From Octopus sinensis (lineage: Eukaryota), in the NCBI RefSeq assembly GCF_006345805.1, contig NC_043015.1:15252001-15316000 (forward strand): a stretch of 64,000 nt of DNA, in the 5' to 3' direction. Position 1 is the first letter of the stretch. Each line of letters begins with the position of its first letter. Below the pieces are notes generated by a model. The model was given only the letters and a program-made list of their open reading frames with translations. It was not told the origin of the DNA and searched no databases. Shown here one piece after another: positions 14,341-26,094 of the stretch. A program made the translations under genes and the position numbers.

Positions 14341-16751
14341 ATAAGGAGCATTAAATTCCGGAAGTCGCCCCGTAGGAATGAACACCTTAGATACCTCGGG
14401 AAAATTACTAAGGATATTAACAGCTCAGACGGAATCCTGGTCCAATCTGATAAAATAAGGAATACTTACAAGCTACATATAAACCAGTATTTAGAATTAC
14501 TCAAGAAAGAAATCCAGAAGAATTACAGAACTACAAATAAGAATACACTAAGAAGAGTCAATTTGGAGATTAAGGAAATTATGGTAAATTATGGGCTTCA
14601 AATGAAAACACAACCGCTTAACCCAAGGCAACCTAGATTCATCGTTAAGGACCACAAACCAAATTTTCACACCAATCCAGCATTAAGGCTCATATGCCCT
14701 TCTAGTTCCGACATCGGTTCCATCAGTAGTACATTTTAGACAAATATATACCTAGATTAGTTAATAAGCTTAAGCTTAGCCTTTGGGCGAGCTCTTCGCA
14801 AGTCGTAAATTGGTTCTCTTCTATTTCTAATAAAAACAGAACTAAGTTCATTCAGTTCGATATTGCTAATTTCTACCCCTCGATTAACCCTAGTGTACTC
14901 AATAAGGCCCTATGGCATGCGCATAATAAGGCAGGCCTCACAAGAGAAGAAATTGATATAATTCTAGTCGCCAGAAAATCCTTTATGCAGTTTGAAGATA
15001 AGTTATGGGTCCGTAAGGATACTCCCAACGAGTTCGATGTGCCAATGGAAAGCTCAGATAGCGCCCAGATAGCCGATTTGGTCGGAATCTATATTCTCTA
15101 TGAATTAGCCGACCAATTCCCGGACATCGGCGGCGGTCTATATCGTGACGATTGTCTGTTTTACCTACAGAATACCCCGAATAGAATGATACAGAAAACT
15201 AAAAATAGATTAGCTAGGTTCTTTAGTAGGATGGGCATGAGCATAGTTTTCGATAACGAACTTACTAAGGCCAATTTCTTAGATGTTACACTAAATCTGC
15301 ATAGCAATTCTTACTGCCCCTACCATAAATCTTCCACAAACCTAAAATATGTCAGTGTTTTCTCTAACCACGCAAAAACTATCACAGATAATTTAGTTAA
15401 AAATATTTCTTTAAGATTATCAAATTTATCTGCCAACGTCGACATTTTTAAGCATAAAGCGGAATTCTATGAATTCTATAATGCTGCCCTGTCAAAAGCC
15501 GGTTATAGGGAAAAGGTAACATATATAGACCCGGCCCTTCCGAAACCAGAATTTGCTCATCAGGATAAGTCAACTTACAATAATATAAATAATATAAGTA
15601 GTGATGGTAGCTTTAGTAATGTCGACACAAATATAGCTAACGCAAATATAGCTAACATAAATAATTTGCGGTCCAAGGGAGACCATCGTAGGCCAAAACC
15701 CATTCTTCAACCCAGAGATGCCCCCCTTAATGTAAGAGTTGACACTCCGAGCCAGTACAAGAACCAGAAAAACTATATCTGGTTTGTGATTCCCTTTGGA
15801 AAACAAATCAGATCTAACCTACCGTTGCAGTTTCGCCAAGCCATTGCCAGAAATTTTCCCAGAAATTCGAGATATTACTCCACTATAAATTTGCATAAAG
15901 TAAGGATAGCTTTCTCAAATACTAAAGATCTTTCACAGATAATTGCCTCCCATAACAATAAGCTGCTAAATAAGGCCCTGTCACCCATGAGCAGAGACAC
16001 CGCCCCGTCAAATTCCAACATAACATATAGTAATAATAATAATAATAATAGAAGTAGCACAGATATTAGCAGCCTTCATACCGGCATTGGCGTTAGTAAT
16101 AGTAATAAGGGTAAGAGCACTGACCTCGTCATTAACGGAGGGGGTCTCAACAATAATAGTAGCAGCGGTTTTAACAACAGTAGTTTTACGGACAATATCA
16201 ATCACAGCATTCCCAGAAACAGGGAATATGCAGGTGATATTGCCTTAAATAGTAATGAAAATAGGGTGAATAGTATCGAATCCAGCGGTAGTTTTTATAA
16301 CCATCATAGTAATAAGAACGCTTTATTAGTATCGGAAACTAATCCCAATAGATTAAGGTTCTTGTCAAATAACTCCAAAATTAGAAACGACATTTACCAG
16401 TGCAAAATTTATGCTGGATCCGATGTCTACCTCTATATCGGCGCTACCTCATCTAAATTAGCCACAAGAATATCAAATCATTTTTCCACGTTTAGGAATA
16501 AAAAGAAACAACACTCCACTGGGCTAAGCAAATTAGTCTGGCGTTTGAAGAACGCAAATTCAACTTTTAGGCTGGAATGGTCAATATTATCGGTGTCTTT
16601 ACCGTTTGATAAGGGCAAAAAAATCTGTGCCCTGTGTAATTCCGAACTCTTTCATATTCTGTTTGACCGAGGCCGACTAATAAACTCGATTGTTGAGAGT
16701 TCTTTCAGATGCCTACACTGGAAAAGGCATACCTTCGTCTCATACCAATGA
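14341..16751 (+). mobile_element. Penelope-like retroelement, 5'-truncated, one frameshift near 14728
   Basis: KDHKPNF..RLICP, QFDIANFYPSI, GLYRDDCL (RT), ANFLDVTL, C-terminal GIY-YIG. Confidence 0.92.
14985..16751 (+). CDS. PLE reverse transcriptase + GIY-YIG endonuclease (588-aa open part; the frame extends upstream of this Met)
   Basis: YRDD catalytic motif; IYQCKI..YLYIGAT..RISNH and CALCNSE..RCLH motifs. Confidence 0.8.
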   Translation: MQFEDKLWVRKDTPNEFDVPMESSDSAQIADLVGIYILYELADQFPDIGGGLYRDDCLFYLQNTPNRMIQKTKNRLARFFSRMGMSIVFDNELTKANFLDVTLNLHSNSYCPYHKSSTNLKYVSVFSNHAKTITDNLVKNISLRLSNLSANVDIFKHKAEFYEFYNAALSKAGYREKVTYIDPALPKPEFAHQDKSTYNNINNISSDGSFSNVDTNIANANIANINNLRSKGDHRRPKPILQPRDAPLNVRVDTPSQYKNQKNYIWFVIPFGKQIRSNLPLQFRQAIARNFPRNSRYYSTINLHKVRIAFSNTKDLSQIIASHNNKLLNKALSPMSRDTAPSNSNITYSNNNNNNRSSTDISSLHTGIGVSNSNKGKSTDLVINGGGLNNNSSSGFNNSSFTDNINHSIPRNREYAGDIALNSNENRVNSIESSGSFYNHHSNKNALLVSETNPNRLRFLSNNSKIRNDIYQCKIYAGSDVYLYIGATSSKLATRISNHFSTFRNKKKQHSTGLSKLVWRLKNANSTFRLEWSILSVSLPFDKGKKICALCNSELFHILFDRGRLINSIVESSFRCLHWKRHTFVSYQ

Positions 16752-16769
16752 AGTCTAATATAGGTAACC

Positions 16770-16966
16770 CCTGGATTTCCTAAAAAAATTCAACAGGAGA
16801 CAATCACAAAGCTCATCAATTCAATGCCAAAAAGAGTTTCTAAATTAAAAACTGCAAAGGAATGTCAACTAAATACTTAAGTATGTAGTCCAAGCTATCG
16901 ATTACATTTCAATTTGCGTATTAAGTAAAAGATTTTGAAAATTAAAGGTGTCTATTTACTTCCTGT
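16770..16966 (+). mobile_element. Tc1 transposon 3' fragment
   Basis: Translates to QETITKLINSMPKRV..KG..TKY, the typical Tc1 C-terminus. Confidence 0.65.
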
Positions 16967-16982
16967 ATGTGTGTGTGTGTAT

Positions 16983-17105
<123 letters not shown>

Positions 17106-17655
17106 TGAGGGAATATTATTCCAAACTTACAGAGAAAAATTCAATTTAGAAATACTAAATCAAATTTCACAAAATATTATATATATATATATATATATAT
17201 AAATTAGAAAAAAACACCTTTTATCAATTCAATAATGAAAAAATTAAATTATACCATTTAGAAAAATTACATCTTATATAAAGATTAAATATAAGATAAA
17301 ACATATACCAATAAATATATATATATATGTTCTTACTGGGTTGGAAAGTCTGAAGTAAAGATGAGTGCCTATTGCCTTCGTAGTACTCTCAGAGCTGGGT
17401 GAGGTGGATGTTGTTAACGCTCTGCTTAAACCGCTGCAAATTGATACCACCAGGATAGACATGAGGCGATTTACAGAGGCTTTGTTTTGAAGAAGGTAGT
17501 CTGGCAGTGGTAACGTGCGTGACATGAAGGATTGGACGCTGTATGAGTGAATCGGGAGTGCCGGGTTGGAAATGGTTCGAGACCAGCCAGATCCGAAAAA
17601 CAAAAGTCGTTATTGTAGTAACAGAAAAGGGAATAACAGAGAGAGAGAGAGAGGG

Positions 17656-17686
<31 letters not shown>

Positions 17687-18128
17687 AGAGAGAGAGAGAG
17701 AGAGAAAGACAGAGTGAGAGGGAAAGACATAAACAGACAGACAGGCATGGAGAGGGAGAGAGGAGAACCGCACGTCTAGTGGGCAGAGACAGGAGTGCGT
17801 TGGTGAGTAGTTTTATGCCAATCATTCGAGTGGCCTTTTTTTGGATGCAATAAAGAATATCTGTGTGCTCGGGAACAACACTGATCAAAGAATTTTCCGG
17901 ATCTGAAAAGAAAAGTCAGTTCTAGTCACGTTAAGGATGCATCACTCTCTTGTAGGCTCGCCAAGCACATACCACAAAGAGCAGTTGCAACACATGACAT
18001 CATACAACATAAAACTAAATAGGAAGACTTTAGTATTTAACACATTCATACAAACAGAATTCTCCACAAAGATGCATCTAGATTCATGAGTGTTTTCGAT
18101 GGAACCCAGCACTCACTCACACACACAC

Positions 18129-18201
<73 letters not shown>

Positions 18202-18349
18202 TACTAAAATAACTTCAATGTTTGGAAGGCTCTATAGAAGAAGCTGGTAGCTTCGGTTATCTGAGCAATCTAATCAGCTGTAGAAGGGGAAGCTTTAGAA
18301 ACATAGTGGCTGGAAAAAGACGGATGGGAAAAGTTCAAGATTTCCCCCA

Positions 18350-18840
18350 TCGTATGAATGATAGATAGTATTTTCCTTACGAAGTGCGATGTAGCACGTT
18401 AGTTAAATGTGAGGAGTGAATGCAGAAGATGTGCAAAAGCTGAGATAAATGAAGCAAGCAAACAAAAATGCTTTGCTGGATGCGTAATGTTAGTATGCAT
18501 AAACGACGTGATACGAATGAGCTGAGAGAAGAGCTAGTTATACGAGAAATAATCAGCCGTAATGAGCAAAACGAGAACAGCGCTAGTACAGACATGTGAT
18601 GCATATAGATGACAACAGATGGGTAGAGAAGTGGCAGGATATTTAAATTGGAGGAAATTGTAGAAGATCAAAGAAGACACGGGCAGAAGTAGCAAAATCT
18701 GAGTCCAATGTTGAACCGCACAAAAGAGATGACAAAAGACTTTAACAGATGAAGAGACGATGTATTTGAAAGATCTCCTATCCAAGCAAGGATGGAAAGG
18801 CGGACGTAAAAGAGCTGCTGCTGAGGATAGTGATGATGAT
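18350..18840 (+). mobile_element. Decayed RTE-like LINE 3' fragment
   Basis: Similar to 26560-27000 and 54225-54660; ends in GGACGTAAAA..(GAT)n tail. Confidence 0.55.
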
Positions 18841-19511
18841 ATGCGCTGAGGTCCATCAGAAGCTCCAAGATGGATTGATAGGCTGGATAGAATGTTTTGT
18901 ATTTTTCTGGATCTCCGTGTTCTTAGTTCAAATACCTCGAGGCAAACTTTAATTTTCATCTTTCCGAAGTAGATAAATCCACTTCCAACTGAGGGTGGTG
19001 TATTGGCGGAATTATTTGAACGTCGGATGAAATGTTTTGCGGTATCATCCAGCTCTTTATGTTCTGAGTTCGCCTGCAAATGACACCGATACTAAGCTGT
19101 GGTTAAAGGAAACTTGTTATTTCGACAACTACTGTTTTTTTTTATAAAAAACGAAAACCTAACCTTTAATAACCTTACCTAGAATCATCACTCTCTCCCC
19201 TATTTTCCTTTCAGTCATGAGGGTCCTCTAGGCTCTTTGTCTTGCAAGCTGGAACGGGATCCCACTAGTGCTGGTGACAGGGCAAAAACATCCAGAGCAT
19301 TCTGTAAAGTGGTTGTAGTTAAGAAGGGAATCTAGTGATATTTTAAAACAGAGAAATTGAAGTACAACATGGTCCTCCAGCTTGATGGTTCGTGTTGAAC
19401 CATCTAACCCATGCCAGTACAGAAAGTGGATATAAAATTGTGATGATGCATCTCAGTTGATCAGTGCTTTACAACTCACGATTTCCATATGTAAAACACT
19501 GCTAGAAAGTA

Positions 19512-20771
19512 TTGGGTTGGCAACTAAGTTCCCGCCGTTTTTTTAAGATTAAATATTTTTAAAAGGTTTAATAAAAAAATAACAACTAATTAATCAATAA
19601 TGTATTCACCCTTGTTGTTTATAACTTTTTCCCAACGTTCAACAAGATTTTCAATACCTCGTTGGTAGAAATCACCCGATTTCGACTCGAAAAATTGATC
19701 CAATCAAGCTCTCAATCCTGCATCAGTATTGAATGAAATTCTGCGCATAGCATTTGAAAGAGATCGAAAGAAGTGGAAATCCGTTGGTGCCAAATCAAGA
19801 GAGTACGGCGGGTGTGGCAGCACTTCCCAGCCATACGTTTGAATGGCTTCCTTGGTCGTATTGGCAATATGAGGGCGGGCGTTGTTGTGCAACAGAAGAT
19901 CTCCATGCTGCTGATTAGGTCTTTTCTCTTAAATAGCCGTGTTAAGACGTTCCATCTGTTGACCGTTCAAGCAATTCATAATGGATAATCCCTTCCCAGT
20001 CCCACCATACGCACAACATCGTTTTACGCGGATAAAGATCTTGTTTCACGCGCGGTGTCGCTTGTTTACAGGGGCTAAGCCATTCCTTACGCTACAGGCA
20101 CCATTTTTCGTCGCCAGTAACAATTCGGTAATGAAATCGTTGCTTGTGTCCATGAGTTGAGCGGTGACAAGCAAGCAAACCAGCAGAGATTGTGGCTCGT
20201 TGATTTTTGTTGTTGTCACTTAAAGCATGCGGAATCCATGTTTCATACTTCTGAACCTTTCCCATCGAGTGAAGATGCTTCTCTATAGCAGTGTGGGAGC
20301 ATTCCATTTTCTCTGCCAGTTCCTTTGTCGTTTGACGAGAATTTTCGTGCAAAGGTTGGTTTAATCGCTCATCATCGAATTCAAACTGGACAGCCAGAAT
20401 GAGGTGCGTCTTTGAGGTCAAAATTTCCATTTTTAAACTTGGCATAACAATCTCGAGAGGTTCTTTCGGTTATGGCATCCTCTCCATACACAGCTCAAAT
20501 ATCGCGAGCAGCCTTTGCGGCCTTAGAACCTTGATTAAAAGCAAAAAGAAGGAGATATCGAAAACGCTTGTTTTTCTTAACTTGACATTCCATTTTAATG
20601 ATCTGAAGATAAACAAAAATTAACTAAAATTAACTAGAAGAAAAAAAAAACAAAATAGATTCCAAAATGATTCAAAAATATAATTCTCGAAAAAAAAAAA
20701 AGATTCCAAAATTTAAAAACGTTATAAATTTCAAAATTTCAAAAACGGTGGGAACTTAGTTGCCAACCCGA
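19512..20771 (-). mobile_element. Full-length mariner transposon (1260 bp), transposase pseudogenised
   Basis: TIRs TTGGGTTGGCAACTAAGTTCCCGCCGTTTTT / AAAAACGGTGGGAACTTAGTTGCCAACCCGA, TA on both sides; WIPHAL, IVTGDEKW, HNNARPH, PYSLDLAPTDFHFF motifs. Confidence 0.95.
19590..20593 (-). pseudogene. Mariner transposase pseudogene
   Basis: ATG at 20593 to GEYIID-stop near 19590; several frameshifts; HDN changed to HNN. Confidence 0.85.
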
Positions 20772-21004
20772 TATTAAAGATATCACCTGATATACGCAAG
20801 GAAGATGACTGCGATAATAAAAATTTGCCATCCTACAGACTAATCAAATATTAATATGATATGACTATGTGGTGGTGCTACAGTGTAGATTCAAAAAAGA
20901 AAGAAACAAACCATTAATCTATCAGTAGCCAGTCATCATGACTATGACTGTTTATGGTTTTGGTATGACTTGATAATATTGGCCGTTTTTTTTTTTTGCT
21001 TCAG

Positions 21005-21185
21005 TTTGTCATTTATCATGATCAATTACTTTCCACTTCAGGTTCCCTTTTGCGATATCTTTGAATTTCAGTCTAGGTCTGCCATGGCTTCTTTTCTCCT
21101 TGCATAGTTGGGAGTAAAGGATTTGTTTGGGGAATCTGTTGCTGTCCATCTTGTGTACGTGGCCCACCCAAAGTAAATTTCTATC
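21005..21185 (-). mobile_element. RTE-clade LINE ORF C-terminal fragment
   Basis: WVGHVHKMDSNRFPKQILYSQL..RSHGRPRLKFKD. Confidence 0.75.
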
Positions 21186-21270
21186 AATGTTCATCATAGG
21201 ATGTAGGCCAGCACGCAATATGTACTCAGCGACTGAGCGTTTTTATCATCCCTGGTACACTACTCGTGTG

Positions 21271-21382
21271 CATATATATATGTATACATATATATATATA
21301 TATACATATATACAATATATATATATATATATATATACATATATAATATATATATATATATACAATATATATATATATATAC

Positions 21383-21417
<35 letters not shown>

Positions 21418-21534
21418 CACATATATTATATATATATACATATATATATATAATATATATATACATATATATATATTATATATATACATATATTATACAT
21501 ATATACATATATATATATACCTATATATATATAC

Positions 21535-21566
<32 letters not shown>

Positions 21567-21652
21567 CATATATATACATATATATATATACATATATATA
21601 TATATACATATATATACTATATATATATACATATATATATACATATATATAC

Positions 21653-21685
<33 letters not shown>

Positions 21686-21781
21686 CATAATATAATATAT
21701 ATATATATATACATATATACATAATATATATATCTATATTATATATATATATATATATATAATATATATCTATATATATCT

Positions 21782-21820
<39 letters not shown>

Positions 21821-22082
21821 CTAATATATAATATATATACATATCTATAATATCTATAGATATCTATATATATATCCATATATATATATATACATATACT
21901 ATATCTATATATATATACATATATATAATATTATACATATCCTAGTATATATATATATACATAGATATATATATACATATAATATATATATATCCATATA
22001 TATATATACATATATATATATACATATACATATATATATTATATATATACATATCTATATATATAGTATACATATATATATA
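21271..22082. repeat. Long degenerate (TA)n array
   Basis: Seen directly. Confidence 0.95.
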
Positions 22083-25000
22083 TGTGGAATTATATATAAA
22101 ATTTTGTGGAAATAGCAGAGAAAATTGTGGGACAACTGGCCTGGATACATCGTCTTCAGAGCCGGGGCACTCACAACAGCACTCAAGACCACCACAATCA
22201 AGGGACCCAGGGTGGCCACTGCTGACACCAGCCCAGGTGCCACACCGACAGCCTTTATTGACACCCCAAATATCTCACCAGTGCTTCTGCTGAATGTCAG
22301 AGGTCTGGTGAAACCCACTAATATGAGTAAAATTCCTTACCTTAGGACTTAAGCACAAGCAACCATGCAATATGCATAGCGCTGACTGAAACGCACCTGT
22401 CAAGCAGTATAGCAGATGCAGAAATACACGTACCAAAGTATACTGTTTTTCGGTCAGACAGGAAGGAAAGACTCATGGTGGGGTTGCCCTGTACGTCCGT
22501 GAAGATGTCACACCCATAGTACTGGTTGACACACTCAAACTCAGTCTGTGACACACTGATAGTACACATGAAACAACCGAAAATAGTAATATGTGTCACA
22601 TATCGGCCACCAGACACCCCTAGTCATGAAGGAGTGTTTGAAGATAGCCTCAGAAGAATAGAAGAAGTCCTGGACAACTGGACCAGGGTAACACCATTCA
22701 TCTACTGCTGGGAGATTTTAACCTTCCGAAAGTCAAATGGCCAGATGGCCATCTTCCTCCCTGGAATGACATCACTTGAACAGAGACAGACAGAGTCCTT
22801 GTTGGCTCTCACACGCAAGTTTTTCATGGAACAAGCAGTGCTTCGGCCAACAAGAGGTGAGAATGTCTTGGACCTCTGTTTCACAAGCACCCGATGCTCA
22901 TCCACAACATAATGGTAACACCTACAATTCTCTCAGATCACAACTTAGTAGAGGTAATGATATATGGTATGAGAGAGTTAGTTGAGACGCAGCCATTAGA
23001 AAATACCACAGGCCTATCCAGTCTAACTTCCATAAGGCAAACTGGAAGAAGATCAACGAAGAGATCCGAAAACATGACTGGAGTGACTTCACCCACACAA
23101 GAGACCAACACACATTTCCAACATTTCATGACAACAATACAGAACATATGCCATAAGTTTGTCCCGGAGAAAAAACCAGCGGGCATAGGAACGTTATTCC
23201 CAGAGACAGGAAAATACTTATGAGGCGAAGAGCTAAGCTCTCGAAGCAACTGAATGCACGGCAGAGAAACAATAAGGGACTCCACCTGAAACTTTTTGAA
23301 ACGGAAACTGCACTCAAACTTTCCTATGAGAAGAGAGGGCAGAGAGAGAAGCCAGGCCATAGAGAATATTAAAACAAACCCTAAAGCTTTCTTTAAATTT
23401 GCGAAAGAAACCACCTCGGTACACTGCAAGATTGGCCCACTCTTTGATAAAAAGGGCTCTCTAACTGAGGACCCCCAAGGGATAGTGAAATACTAAAGGA
23501 ACAGTATAAAAGTGTGTTCACATCCCTCTGGGGCACATGCAAATCACACCCAGAAGTTTTCTTTGATGCCACAACACTCCAAAACCAAACAACAACCATC
23601 GACCACATAGACATAACAGAGAGGGATGTAATATCTGCCATAGAAGAAATGAGAATAAACTCACTGCTGGACCAGATGGATTCCCAGCAGTCCTCCTAAA
23701 AACATCAGGCATGCCCTAGCGGGACCACTGAAGATGCTCTTCAGTGGTTCCTTGGCTAACGGTAAACTGCCCAGGGCGCTAAAAGAAGGCACCATATGCC
23801 CTATCCACAAAGGAGGGAGTAGAGCAGAGGCCAAAAACTACAGGCCAGTCTCCCTGACGTCACACATAAGTAAGGTCATGGAACGAATCATCAGAAAAAA
23901 CTGATCACGTTCCTCGAAGAAACTAACCGTCTCACTGACACACAGCATGGCTTTCGCCCAGGAAGAAGCTGCCTTACGCAGCTGTTACAACACTACGACT
24001 GGGTACTGAAACAACTACTGGATCGCTCACAGGTGGATGTGGTATATCTCGACTTTGCGAAGGCCTTTGACAAAGTCGACCACGGAGTGATATGTCACAA
24101 ATTACTCAGACTCGGCATAACATAAAAGTAGGTGAGTGGATACATGACTTCCTGAAGGACAGAAGCCAGATGGTTGCAGCCAATGGAGTCCTCTCGGGAA
24201 AGACACCAATAGCAAGCGGGGTGCCACAGGGCACAGTCTTGGGACCCTTGCTGTTTTTGGTGGCGCTCTCTGACATGCCCTTGGTAGCACAAACAACATC
24301 CCTCACTAGCTATGCTGATGACACAAAGGTAGCACAGGCAATCAAAAACCCAGCTGATGCTGACCTTTTACAACAAGATCTGGATGCCATATACAAATGG
24401 GCTGAAGAAACAACATGCAATTTAATGCTGGTAAATTTCAAACCTTACAATATCAAGCTGTAAACACATATACATTACAACACAACTATACTGGTCCAGG
24501 AGGGATCGAAATCCCAGTATCGAAATCAATACGGAGACCTGGGGATAGACATGAGTGACGATGCATCTTTTTCTTCACACATCGCGAAGGTGGCGACAAT
24601 GTGCAGACGACTCACTGGCTGGATCCTGAGGACATTCCGGACAAGAGACTGCGAGACCATGTTGACACTATGGAGGACATTTGTCCTAAGCCGCCTAGAC
24701 TACTGCTCCCAACTGTGGTCACCGCATAGTGTCAAACTAACCACAGAGCTTGAGACAATCCAAAGACATTTCACCAAGAGGATTTCCACCATGAAAGAAA
24801 AAAACTATGGGAGAGGCTTAGGGAACTCAATTTGTACTCCTTGGAACGAAGACGAGAGAGATATGCAGTGATATACATATGGAAAATCCTGGAGGGACTA
24901 GCACCCAATTTGGAATTGAGAGCTGTTCCAATCCCCGTACAGGTCGTCACTGTGTGGTGCCAAAGGTCCCGTCTTCCACATCCAGGGTAAGGAGCAGATA

Positions 25001-25295
25001 CTGTAATAGCCTGGGGTTCAGGGGCCCTCAGCTGTTCAACAAACTGCCAAGAAAACTAAGAGATCTACATGATGCGGATGTGGACATTTTCAAAAAACAT
25101 CTAGACAAGCTGCTTTCCGGGATCCCAGATGAACCCACTGCAAGGTACGAAGGTAACCTAAGGGCAGCAGCTACAAACTCTCTCTTAGATCAGTGGCCAG
25201 CCACGGCAAACTGGACTTAGAGAGGGTAGCAACAAGGGCGGTGCCCCAGCATGGCCTCAGCCGGATGGCTGAAACAAGTAAAAGAGTAAAAGAGT
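22083..25295 (+). mobile_element. CR1-group LINE: essentially complete ORF2 (APE endonuclease + RT) with frameshifts, plus 3' tail
   Basis: LLNVRGL, ALTETHL, GGVALYV, YRPP, GDFN, SDH (EN); NYRPVSLTS, QHGFR, YLDFAKAFDKVDH, SGVPQGTVLGPLLF, YADDT (RT); stop at 25220; (AAAAGAGT) tail. Confidence 0.92.
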
Positions 25296-25309
25296 ATATA
25301 TATATATAC

Positions 25310-25346
<37 letters not shown>

Positions 25347-25396
25347 CATAATATATATATATATACATATATATATATACAATATAATATATATAC

Positions 25397-25461
<65 letters not shown>

Positions 25462-25484
25462 TATTATATAATATATATATATAT

Positions 25485-25553
<69 letters not shown>

Positions 25554-25599
25554 CATATATATATATATACATATATATATATAACATATATATATATAC

Positions 25600-25630
<31 letters not shown>

Positions 25631-25694
25631 CATATATAATCTAATACATATATATATATATATATATATAATTATATATATATATATATACATA

Positions 25695-25777
<83 letters not shown>

Positions 25778-25833
25778 TATATATAATATATATATATATA
25801 TACATACATATATATATATATACATATATATAT

Positions 25834-25889
<56 letters not shown>

Positions 25890-25926
25890 CATATATATAT
25901 TATATATATATACATATATAGATATT

Positions 25927-25958
<32 letters not shown>

Positions 25959-25971
25959 CATATATATATAA

Positions 25972-26003
<32 letters not shown>

Positions 26004-26082
26004 ATATATATCATATATAATATATATATATATATAATATAATATATATACATATATATATTATATATATATATATATATAT
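25295..26082. repeat. Long degenerate (TA)n array
   Basis: Seen directly. Confidence 0.95.
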
Positions 26083-26094
26083 GTCTGTGTGTGT

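Noticed and set aside
17330-17880. Possible LTR retroelement 3' end / LTR (TG..AATAAA..CA)
   Set aside because: No terminal inverted repeat, TSD or recognisable pol motif; too weak to call
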